From Hypanus sabinus (Eukaryota): 64,000 bases of DNA. The notes beneath the pieces were generated by a model that was not told where the DNA came from, ran no database searches, and worked only from the letters and a program-made list of their open reading frames with translations. Both the position numbers and the translations under genes were made by a program. This document shows positions 38,728 to 49,405 of this stretch, in pieces. Position 1 is the stretch's first letter. Every line of letters starts with the position of its first letter. The stretch lies in assembly GCF_030144855.1 (NCBI RefSeq), contig NC_082720.1, positions 83,576,001-83,640,000 of the forward strand, written 5' to 3'.

Positions 38728-39310
38728 TCTTCAAGGAGTCCTGACTTAGGAAAGTGATGTCCATCATTAAGGATGCCCAGCACCCAGGATATGCCCTCTT
38801 CAGGCTGTTACTGTCGGGAAGGAGGTATAGGGTACAGAAGCCTGAAGGCACACACTTAGCAATTCAGGAGCAGCTTCTTCTCCTCTACCATCCAATTTCT
38901 AAAGGACATTGAACCCATGAACACTACTCACTACCTTTTTATCTGTTATTTTCCACTACTTAACTATTTAGTAGATATATATATATACTCAATATAATTC
39001 AGTTTTTTTCTCTATATTTATTTATCAGGTCTTTCATTGTACCGTTGCTGTAAAGTTAACAAAATTCACAACATATGCCTGTGATATTAAATCTGATTCT
39101 GATTCTGATAATGAAAGTAGTTCTATGATACAGGGAATAGATCCTCAGACATTTGGATGAGTGGAGATCATAGTACCAGTGGGAGTAGTGGCCAGAAAAA
39201 TAACACATCCCCATGGATCAGGGGCAAATAAAATCATATCCCACTAGTGTGTCAGAGTTGGTGATATGACCCTTCAAGTTCCAGCACTCTAAGAATTGCT
39301 GGAAAATATG

Positions 39311-40024
39311 TGTAACACTTACCCAACAGACTGGTATATGTCTAGAGGAAAAGGAGATCCAGCCACTCACCAACCCCACCTCCCGTACACGCAGGTGCTG
39401 TGAGAATCAAGTTTATGCAGTGCGTACACACACAATATCAAACTCACACCAGATACCGTTACGGAATACACTTTAAAGAGTTTACTAAAACTAAGAGAGT
39501 ACTAGGAAATACAATATATGTATAAAAGAAAAGAAAAAGCAAAAGGCGCCAAACTTAACAAAGTCCAAACCACTTTGTGCACAACCGTTGCAGCTCAATT
39601 ACTGAAGTCTTCTGGCCGCCATTTGACCCCCTCTGAACTCCTCTACTCACAGCTCAGGACCATCCGAAGTGGTCAACCAAACACATCTATCTTCGTCTCT
39701 TCTCCTTGGGGTACCTCTTAGCCTCGGACCCCCGCTTGAGGTCCATTTCTTGCCCAGTTTACAGAAACATGTCCTCTCTCTCTCACACCCTCGCGCTGAT
39801 CTCCCAAAAGCCCGCCAACAATAGTTTACAGACTCAGAAGAAAGAACAACATTAATCCCAATTGGTTAACAAAGGAATACAATTCTCCTTAACGGTAAAT
39901 TTTAACCCAAACAAGCTTCCAGCACTCTCTCGCAACAAAGAAACATTCCTACTTTTAACAAAACAAAGAAGCCATTCTGAGTAACATACACAGTAACAAT
40001 GAAAAAGAAGATACCCCCTTTACA
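39311..40024 (-). mobile_element. Solo LTR (714 bp), related to 20005-20722 in the opposite orientation
   Basis: tgtaa.../...ttaca ends; TSD TATG at 39307-39310 and 40025-40028; long near-identical blocks shared with the 20005 LTR. Confidence 0.92.
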
Positions 40025-40035
40025 TATGCAAAAAT

Positions 40036-40051
40036 ACACACACACACACAC
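40036..40051 (+). repeat. (AC)n microsatellite
   Basis: acacacacacacacac. Confidence 0.85.
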
Positions 40052-41012
40052 CAATTATCGCAGCTACTTTACACATACACTTCTTTTTGATGTGCCAGCT
40101 GAAGTTACCAGAAGCAGGACACAGATGGAAAGAGGTTCTGCTGTCCCAAGATTCATCTTTCTAGAGAAGTAGGTGCTGAAGTCACGAGGGATAGCAATGA
40201 CATAAGCAAACAGCCCCAGGAAGCAAGGATAAAATGGTGAAAGGATTTCAGTTAGTTAAACTGTTTTTCCTTTCCTCATAGTACCAAAAGCTTGGCACAT
40301 CTATTTATATATACCAAGGAGCCTTGTGTCAGATTTGGGGATGATCTTCCATTTTTTTTCTCATCCGACTAAAGGATGTGCTGGCGTTTTAAATCCAATC
40401 ATGAATTTCATCATCACTATCTGCCAAGTTGAAAATGGCTCATGTTGAGAGTAACATTGGATGTAGTTCACATCTTCCACAATATCCTCCATACCCACTT
40501 TCTCAAAAAGCAAACCAATGTCAACACCTCTCTCACGTCAACAACATAATTATATCAATCACTGTCCTGATTCCCAAAATTGATAGGCCACCATCAGGTC
40601 AAGAGATCACTTTATATGGCTGTGGGCTACAATTTTACAGCAGGGTCCAGAGCAGTTTAGTGCCAACTCTTCAGTGCTAGAATGAGGATCTAAATCGGTG
40701 TCTTGATGGCAAAGGCAATGTGGATCCATAATGATTTGCATGATATTTTGTCCTGCATGCCAATGTTTACTAGTATGCAACAGTTCTGCAGGCTAGAGTT
40801 CTCCTCAGTGGAACACATTCAGAAAGGATGGGGCACCTCAGTCCCAATAAACAATCAAAGTCCCAAGATGCAGCAACTGATGAAACAGATGTTGGCTATT
40901 ACTGAATATTACATGTCACTGCTTTGACCGAGTGATTTTGACTCGACCGAATGGTGCTCCCAATGTGGCAAGAAATGAGGAGGTAGAATGAATAGGTCAT
41001 GTCATTTCTTAC

Positions 41013-41073
41013 TGTTTTTAACTTATGAAGAACATCATTAGCAAGATAGTTGGCTGAGGCTGCCATTATTAAT
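41013..41073 (-). CDS. Candidate exon with possible start codon (ATG at 41066-41064), MAASANYLANDVLHKLKT
   Basis: Acceptor gtttcag (short pyrimidine tract), donor ACA|gtaaga, Kozak-like ATAATGG. Confidence 0.3.
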
Positions 41074-41384
41074 CTGAAACTCACTTCCTAAGTTTTTTTT
41101 TGCTGTGATCAACAAATAATTTAGATGATGGTCATCCTCAATGTAGGTCAGTTTCCTAAATCTTATTGACATACAAACAATCCTTAATGAGATCAAGTAC
41201 TTTCACCTATGGATCTGACTATCTTACAATATCTGAATATTCATTTACGAATATTCAAGGTGAGATAATGAAGGCAGTCCATTACCTTACCACTTTAGGT
41301 AAATTTGAACCAATCTCACTGAGATCTTTCTTTATGCATAGATTCAATATCAAGATAAGTAAAATATACTGTCACTTCAATAAA

Positions 41385-42220
41385 AATGAAAAACACTTCA
41401 GATACTCAGCAGGTTAGGGAACATCCTAGGAGAGTTAACATTGCAGCTCAGTGATCTTTAGTCAGAATGAGAAAAGTGAGAAAAGGAAATTTAACCTGTG
41501 GAAGGGTAGAAAGAATAAAAAGATGTCTGCCATAGGCAGAGAGCAAGACTCAAGGTGAGCAAGGTGACACAAATGTTCTGGGTGTCATCTCAGAATAGAT
41601 GTTTGTTAATATCTGCCGGTCTGCTTACAGAGATGTCAAAAGAAAGAGAAGAACAAGGACAGTATAGAGAAATGAAACAATGCTGGAAATGTGAGATGCA
41701 GAAGACAGCCTTTTCTGTATATCAAAAATAAAATACATCATATTTGGTAGCATTGTGCAGACAGAAAATTGAGAATATTGTAAATGACCTTGGAACAGTA
41801 CTGGCCTGGTTCTGGCACCAATAAAGAAAGCTGACTTTCTGAAACTGACTTCAATATTGAGCATGAGAGCTGAAAACTGCCCAGACAGAAGATGAGGCAC
41901 AGTCCTTTGAGTTTACATTACACTATAGGATGCAAGCAGACAGAAAATGGAATGAGAGCTTGATAGGGATACAAGTACCTGGAAGCTCAGGATCATCTCT
42001 GTGTTCTACAATAAAGTACTCAGTATAGAAAAGGCCACGTCATGAATACTGAGTGCAGTGCAGTAAATTGGAAGAAATGTAAGTGAATTGCTGCTTTGAG
42101 CTGTTTTGGTCCTTGGATAACATGAAAAGTGCATGTTCATTTACTTTATTTACAGAGGAAAGTACCATGAAAATGAGATTGGTTGGTAGAGATGGAAAAG
42201 TGGACATGTATTCTGAAGGG
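41385..42220 (-). mobile_element. Ancient Penelope-like element 3' region
   Basis: Terminal motif tactcagcaggttagg...ttaacattgcag...tttagtcaga, plus body remnants (ttcaatattgag...cagacagaagatgagg). Confidence 0.5.
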
Positions 42221-42299
42221 ATAAGAGAAATCTTGTTTATTTATTTCAGATTTCTTGGTTTTTTTACATTTCTGTTTTTCTTGCAACCTGGATGGAATT

Positions 42300-42570
42300 C
42301 AGCCTGTCAAATCACTCCAGTTTCTGGTAACCCAATATCTCTAACGTGCTCTTCAATTTCTCCCCAAATTTCCTTCCACTCACTCATCCTATTTACAGTT
42401 TCCATGTTATCAACCAACCCAGTACATATTTGTAAAGTGGGAGAATCCCAAGCAGCAGGGGAAAACTCATACAGTCACAGGGTGAAAGTGCAAACTCCAC
42501 ACAGACGGAATCCAAGGTCCGGATTGAAGACAGGTCATTAGTATCCAAGCTATGAGTTTCATCACTGTCC
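42300..42570 (-). mobile_element. HE1/V-SINE-like tRNA-derived SINE
   Basis: Reverse complement contains the V-domain-like ctgtgtggagtttgcactttcaccctgtgact. Confidence 0.7.
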
Positions 42571-43589
42571 CATCATTAATCCTCAACTGGAGGCTGAAAA
42601 AGGCTCAAGCCATAGCAATGTCATGAGTTGTGAGCTATTGACTAGTGAACATTGTGCCCACATGCTGAGGCTTCTCTGGACTATCTATAGATTTTAAAGC
42701 TTGGAAGTATGGCCATGTCTGGAATGTTGTGTGTAGCTTCAGGCACCGGGAAGGCAAAAGTTTCATATTCATCAGATCACGTTCAGATGGTTAAGAAATG
42801 AACAGAGATCATGCGGACTGGGCTGTTGAGTACTCAACCCAGCAAGTGAAGTATTTTAGTAAGTTTGAAGAAAGTGGTATGATAGATCGAGATAAGCATG
42901 TTTGGGTGCTGAGGGAAACTGGAATATGGAAGCAAAGCCTGAAAATCAGAGTCAGGCCACTAAGTAAAAAAAGTTAGGAAACTTGATATAAAGACAAGTA
43001 GAGGTGTCAATTCCTCCCACCCCCACAAAAAGCAATACATTATAGCTTAATTAATAATTTCAAACCTGAGCTCAAATGGATTTTTGCTTTCTGCGAATAT
43101 ATAAACAATAGTAAGCTAAGATGGATGGATCGAGTTAGGATACAAAACAGTTACATTCACATGGAAATGTTCAGCATTGCATTCCCATTCTCCAATTAGT
43201 AAAACTACACTGCATAGTGCCATGTAAAGCTTTCTAGTTCAAGGTAGTACTTCACTAGTGACTGTTAATTATGTAATTTTCAACCATGTGTTCTTGAAGT
43301 GACTAAGGTATGTTGATAGCTTGAGTTAACCCAGAGAAAACATTGGGCAGCTAAATTTACAACATTCAATTTTGTAATTTGTTTAGTATTGTGCACACCT
43401 TGCGCAGGTGTGATTCTGATTTCTGTACACATAGTTACTTCACTGAATAATTTATGGGCATCAACTTCAGTTGATGACTATTCAATGCCTGTATAAATCT
43501 TTCACTTTTTAAGACAGATTAAAGTGAAGCATATGTAAGTCTTCTGTTCGTAAGAATACATGTCAAGAAGAGGTAAGTAACAGAAAGGA

Positions 43590-43900
43590 TCATAGAGTCT
43601 TAGGGTCAAAGAAGAATACAAAGAAGTCCCTTAGTCCAACCAGTCCATGCTGACCCACTGCCCATAGTCCTCTGAGCCCCACCCCTCCAGGCACCTATCC
43701 AAGTACCTCTTAAATGATTCTATTGTAACTGTCTCAACCACTTCCTCTAGCAGCTCCTTCCATATACTCATGACTCTTTTCATTGCCTTCCCAGGTCTCC
43801 TTTAAATCTTTCCCCTCTCACGCTGAACTTACTGCATGCTCCCTAGTTCTGGACTCTCCTCCCGTGGGAAAATACCATCCCATCCATCCTTTAACATATC
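43590..43900 (-). mobile_element. Old CR1 3' fragment
   Basis: agtccatgctgacc...ctatccaagtacctcttaaatg...ctagttctggactctcc. Confidence 0.7.
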
Positions 43901-43959
43901 CCATCAACCGGCAAAACCCTGGTCACTACAGTATAGCAACACTAGCACTTGAACGCTAC

Positions 43960-44385
43960 ATTCCAATGGATTTCTTTTTTTTTGCTGTAATTGTATTATC
44001 TTGGAAAAACCATGTATGATTTATGTTTATAGTTTTCTTATGAAAGCTGCTTAGATGGTGCCATGTGCCAGTGATGTTGCTGCAAGTAAACTTTCATTGT
44101 ACCCATGTATGCATGTACTTGTGCATATGATAATAAACTCAATTTTCATAAACACAGCTTTGCTCCTAGACTCCTGTGGACTGACTTTCGAGGACTCTGC
44201 AGCCCATGTTACTTCTTTACTTTTTTATTATTTGCACGATTTGCGCACTGGATGTTAGTGGGAGATATTTTTATGGAGTCTATTGAATTTCTTTATTTTG
44301 CTGTGGCTACCTGCAAGAAAATGAAACTCAAGGTTGTATATAGTATACAAACAGTTTTTGATAATAAATTTACTTTGAACTTGAT
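43960..44385 (+). mobile_element. Two tandem Rex/Babar-type 3' UTR tails
   Basis: gatgttgctgcaagtaaac...ataataaactc, then ctcaaggttgtatatag...ataataaatttactttgaacttga. Confidence 0.7.
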
Positions 44386-44759
44386 ATCGCACTTTTAAAC
44401 ACCCTCCATCGGCTATTAATTACTTTCTTTTCAAACAGGTGCACCCAATCAACTTTTGCTAGATCCTAATTCCCCCAAAATTAACCCTGTTCCAATTTAT
44501 GATCTTAAACTGTCCTACCCTTTTCCATCACTAGCTTAAAGAGTCATGGCCACTAGAGCCAATATGTGTTCTGACTGCCATTTCAGTTACCTTCCCTGCC
44601 TTACTCCCTAAGAGGTCCAGTATTGTACATTCCTAAGCAGGGCCCTGAATATATCAACTCTGGAAACTTCCCTGGGCACATTTCACAAACTTCACCCCAT
44701 CCAGGACCTTAACACTCTGGGTGGCCCTGTCAACAGTGGGGGAATTAGAGTCTCCCTCT

Positions 44760-45410
44760 CATAATCTTCATACAATAAGAATGCATGTGTTAAGGGTAAT
44801 GTGTTAGCAAAGACAGAGGATTGCTTAATTATAGAAGATAGAGAGTTGGCATAAATGGGTGTTTTTCTGGTTGGCAGACAGTAGGGAGTGGAATGTTGCA
44901 TGGGTTGGCGATGGGCCCACAACTGTTCACTAATGTTTTGGAATTGATGACAGAACAGCCTATCTAAGTTTGCCGACAACACTAAATTGAGTGGTAAAGC
45001 AGCGTGCGAAAAGTCTGCAGGATTTATTAAGTGTGTGGGCAAGCATCTGACAGATGGAGTATAATAATTGTGATTATTAATGGCATCCACTTTAGAAAGA
45101 AAAATAGAATATCGCATTATTACCTTAATGACGATAGATGCAGCATGGTGTTGTGCAAAAGGAACTCAGGAGAGCTCATGTGTGAATCACAAAGAGTTGG
45201 TTTGTCACGCAACAGACATTTATAAGGCAAATAGAACGTTAGCCTTCATTGCTAGAGGGATTGAACCTAAGAGCATGGAGGTTATGCTGCAACTGTGCAG
45301 GGTACTGGTGATGCCGCATCTGGAGTACTGTGTGCAGTTCTGGTCTCCTTGAGGGAAGACATACTGGCTCTGCAGATGGTGCAGAGGAGGTTCACCAGGT
45401 TGATTCCAGA
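44760..45410 (+). mobile_element. Old CR1 RT fragment (host of the next element)
   Basis: SKFADNTK and LAFIARGIEPKSMEVMLQLCRVLVMPHLEYCVQFWSP; breaks off at RRFTRLIP. Confidence 0.85.
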
Positions 45411-47882
45411 GGAAATCAGCCAGTGAGTGAGTGGGCCAGTGAAGGAGTGGAGATTTGAGGCTTCGACTTGAGAGATTCTGGCAGTTTTGGCAGTTGGACT
45501 GTGCAATCAAGTCAATCAAGATTCGAATAGCTCAGCAGAAAGCCGTTGATTAGACAATCAAGATTTGAATAGCTCGGACTCAGCAGAAAGCAGCTGATTG
45601 GGCAATCGAGGTCAGGTAACCAAGCAGTTTGAAAAGCTCAAACAAATAAATAGAGGGATACCTCAAGTGGAGCGGCCTGTGGAAAGTGGCCAGTGAAGAT
45701 TTGAGGCTTTGACTCGAGAGGCTTCAACAAGAAGAGGTTGAGGACGAGCTTCACTCCAAGTGAGGTAAGGCCAGGTAAGTTCCTTTCAAAGGAGAAAGTT
45801 TCAAAAGTTGAGGCAAGTATTGGGTAGGTCATGGCAGCTGAGATCGGCCCTGTGGTTTGTTCATCCTGCAGCATGTGGGAAATCAGGGATACTTCCAGTA
45901 TCCCTGACGACTATGTGTGCAGGAAGTGTGTCCAACTGCAGCTTCTGGCAGACTGCACTGAACGTCTGGAGCTGCGATTGGATTCATACTGGAGCATCCG
46001 CAATGCTGAGAAAGTTGTGAATAACACGTTCAGTGAGTTGGCCACACCACGGGTAAAGGCTACACAGGCAGAAAGGGAAGGGGTGGCCACTAGACAGCGT
46101 AGCAATAGGCAGGTAGTGCATGAGTCACCTGGGGTCTTCTCCCTCCTAAACAGATATACTGTTTTGGATACTGTTGGGGGAGATGTCTCATCAGGGGAAG
46201 GCAGCAGCAGCCGAGTTCATTGCACCTTGGGTGGCTTTGTGGCACAGGAGGGAAGGAAAAGGAGTGGGAGAGCTATAGTGATACAGAATTCGATTGTAAA
46301 GGGAATAGATAGGCGTTTCTGCAGCCGCAAACAAAACTCCAGGATGGTATGTTGCCTCCCTGGTGCAAGGGTCAAGGACGTCTGAGTGGCTGCAGGACAT
46401 TCTGGACTGGGAGGGTGAACAGCCAGTGGTCGTGGTGCACATAGGTACCAATGATATAGGTAAAAAAACGGGATGAGGTCCTACAAGGTGCATTTAAGGA
46501 GTTAGGAGATAAACTAAAAAGTAGGACCACAAAGTTAATAATCTCTGGATTACTACCAGTGCCATGTGCTAGTCAGAGTAGAAATAGGAGGATATTTCAT
46601 ATGAATACGTGGCTTGATAAATGGTGCAAGGGGGAGGGATTCAAATTTCTGGGGCATTGGAACCAGTTCTAGGGGAGGTGGGACCAGTATAAACAGGATG
46701 GTCTGCACCTGGGCTGGACTGGAACCAATGTCCTAGGGGGAGCGTTTGCTACTGCTGTTCAGGAGGCTTTAAACTAATGTGGCAGGGGGATGGGAACAAG
46801 TGCAGAGAGACAAGAGTGTAAAATGAGGGTAGAAGCAAAATGTAATAAGGTGAAAAGTAAAAGTGGCAGGCAGGCAAATCCAGGGTAAAAAGCAAAAAGA
46901 GCCACTTTTCAACATAATTGTATAAGGGCTAAGAGTGTTGTAAAAACAAGCCTGAAGGTTTTGTGTGTCAATGCGAGGAGCATTTGTAACAAGGTGGATA
47001 AATTGAATGTGCAGATAGTTATTAATGAATATGATATAGTTGGGATCACGAAGACATGACTCCAGAGTGACCAAGGATGGGAGCTCAACATCCAGGGATA
47101 TTCAATATTCAGGAGGGATAGACAGGCAAGAAAAGGAGGTTGGGTAGCATTGCTGGTTAGAGAGGAGATTAACGCAATAGAAAGGAAGGACATTAGCCTG
47201 GAGGATGTGGAATCGATATGGGTAGAGCTGCATAACACTAAGGGGCAGAAAACGCTGGTGGGAGTTGTGTACAGGCCACCTAACAGTAGTAGTGAGGTTG
47301 GGGATGGCATTAAACAGGAAATTAGAAATGTGTGCAATAAAGGAACAGTAGTTATAATGGGTAACTTTAATCCACATATAGATTGGGTGAACCGAATTGG
47401 TAAGAGTGCTGAGGAAGAGGATTTCTTGGAATGTATGTGGGATGGTTTTCTGAACCAACATGTCGAAGAACCAACTAAAGGGCAGGCCATTCTAGACTGG
47501 ATATTGAGCAATGAGGAAGGGTTAGTTAGCAATCTTGTCATGCAAGGCCCCTTGGGTAAGAGTGACCATAATATGGTGGAATTCTTCATTAAGATGGAGA
47601 GTGACATAGTTAATTCAGAAACAAAGGTTCTGAACTTAAAGAAGGGTAACTTTGAAGGTATGAAACATGAATTAGCTAAGATAGACTGGCAAATGATACT
47701 TAAAGGGTTGATGGTGGATATGCAATGGCAAGCATTTAAAAATCGCATGGATGAACTACAACAATTGTTCATCCCAGTTTGGCAAAAGAATAAACCAGGG
47801 AAGGTAGTGTACCTGTGGCTGACAAGGGAAATTAGGGATAGTATTAGGGATAGTAGAAGAAACATATAAATTAGCAAAAAAA
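45411..47882 (+). mobile_element. Young CR1 5' half: 5' UTR, ORF1 (Cys4 Zn finger, coiled coil, SGNH esterase) and ORF2 endonuclease; RT missing
   Basis: ORF 45831-46385 with CSSC...CRKC, VIQNSIVKG and CLPGA, then VHIGTND and DGLH; ORF 47150-47869 with GVVYRPP, GNFNPHIDW and SDHN. Confidence 0.95.
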
Positions 47883-47884
47883 AG

Positions 47885-48000
47885 GAGGCAGGTGGAAGTC
47901 AGTGCATGGTTAGATCAGCTATGATCTTACTGAACAGTGGAGCAGGCTCGACAAGCCAGATGGCCTACTCCTGCTCCTATTTCTTATGCTCTTATGTTCT
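47885..48000 (+). mobile_element. CR1 3' UTR and tail
   Basis: agccagatggcctactcctgctcctatttcttatgctcttatgttct. Confidence 0.85.
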
Positions 48001-48059
48001 ACCTTTGGTTTGACCATTTCAGTAAAAAATCAGTGATCAGTGGTCAATAAATCAGTTAA

Positions 48060-48505
48060 GATCACTTCTCTTCCCTCTCCCCTCCCACTCTCTTTTTTCC
48101 ATTCCCCATTCTGACTCCCTCTTACCCCTTTTTCTTCTTTTCACCTGTCGCCTCCCTCTGGTGACCCCCTCCTTCCCATTTCCTCATAGACTCTCATCTC
48201 CTATCAGATTCCTTCTTCTTCTTCTGCCCTTTACCTTTTCCACTTAGCACCTCCCAGCTCTCACATCCTCCCCCCTTCCCCACACACCTACCTTCCCCTC
48301 ACCTATTTATGCCTATTACCTTCTAGCCTGTACTCTTTCCCCTCCCCCACCTTCTTATTCTGGCATCTTCCCCCTTCCTTTCCAGTCCTGATGAAGGGTC
48401 TTGGTCCAAAACATCAGTGCTTATTCCTCTCCATACATGCTGTCTGACCGGCTGAGTTCCTCCCACAGTCTGTGTGCATTCCTTGGATCTCATTTCATTT
48501 CAATG
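48060..48505 (+). mobile_element. PLE pyrimidine-rich terminal repeat with hammerhead motif
   Basis: ctatcagattccttcttc...cacctcccagct...cagtcctgatgaagggtcttggtccaaaacatc...gctgagttcctcc. Confidence 0.8.
48383..48420 (+). ncRNA. Minimal hammerhead ribozyme motif (degenerate)
   Basis: cagtc-CTGATGA-agggtcttggtcc-AAAACATC (G12>A; ACGT>ACAT). Confidence 0.6.
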
Positions 48506-48844
48506 TCTAAACTGTGGCTATAATTTCAATTTTCTCTTTTGTATCAAACACTCCTTTTTGATTCATCTGTTCTTAAACTCCTGTCAAATCACAATTCTAT
48601 CCAGAAATTTAATACTGCACAAAACCAGGGAGTTTCTTACACTCCCAGATAGTAGCTAAGACAAATGGAACTGAAAAAAAATGCTTATTTCTGACATTCT
48701 CCTGTAATAAATGGTAATGTAACATTATAGCACCATTTTGCACCGTTGTATTCACCTGCTTTGTTTTCCTTGTAATAAATAACCAATATCAAATATTTTA
48801 TATGACAATTAACACATTAAGTAGAATTTGTCATAATTAAATTT

Positions 48845-49180
48845 TAGAGTCATTGAAAGATACAGGCTTACTGAGTTCATACCAACCAGTCGAGCACATC
48901 TTTACATTGAACTTGCTCTAACACATCCTGTCTCCCCATATTTCTACAAATTTCCCAAAGATTCTACCACCTATATACTAACTTGGGGCAATTTATAGCT
49001 GCTAGTTAACCTACATATCTGCATGTTTTAAGGATAAGGGTGGAAACTGGAACCACCAGTTCAAGCGCTCATAGTCACTGGGAGAATGGGTGACTCTGCA
49101 CAGACAGCACCAGAAAGGTTGGGATTCAACCTGGTCAGCAGCATTGGTGAGGCTGCGGTTCTACCACATGCCATACTGCT
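48845..49180 (-). mobile_element. HE1/V-SINE-like SINE
   Basis: Reverse complement has a B-box-like ggttgaatccc, then ctgtctgtgcagagtcacccattctcccagtgact. Confidence 0.7.
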
Positions 49181-49306
49181 TCTCGTTCTAACATCCTTTT
49201 TCAAAACTTGGTGCAATTCTCCTCTGCAGTCTTCTGTTCTACCCACATTTAAAAGCTAAATTCGATAAAGCTCACCCATGCAATGTTAATACAGGAGTAA
49301 TTAACT

Positions 49307-49405
49307 TCCTGATGAAGGGTCGGGACCCTAAACGTTGTCTGTTTATTCATTTTCATAGGTGCTGCCTGAGCTGCTGTTTTCCTCCAGCATTTTGTGTGTG
49401 TTGCA
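49307..49405 (+). mobile_element. PLE terminal fragment that begins at the hammerhead core
   Basis: tcCTGATGAagggtcgggacccTAAACGTTgtctg...cctccagcattttgtgtgtgttgc. Confidence 0.8.

Larger units (their letters stand above)
37600..39108 (+). mobile_element. Rex1/Babar LINE in two pieces (37600-37880 and 38728-39108)
   Basis: PPQGYVLSPLL, INKFADET and KELIVDFRK, then SIIKDAQHPGYALF; tail attaaa(tctgat)3. Confidence 0.88.

Noticed and set aside
20005-40024. The two related LTRs as the ends of one 20-kb element
   Set aside because: They are inverted, have different TSDs and different 3' ends, and no gag/pol lies between them
40430-40880. Possible ancient RTE-clade LINE endonuclease remnant on the minus strand
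   Set aside because: Only faint motif resemblance (IAFAIK); too decayed to call without an alignment
45500-45610. CRISPR-like repeat-spacer pattern
   Set aside because: Direct tandem units in a LINE 5' UTR with no unique spacers and no cas genes, in a eukaryotic context
46909-47877. Longest ORF in the track (322 aa, minus strand)
   Set aside because: Antisense shadow of the CR1 endonuclease coding strand; no independent motifs
48845-49180. tRNA gene (A/B-box-like sequence)
   Set aside because: No cloverleaf; it is the tRNA-derived head of a SINE
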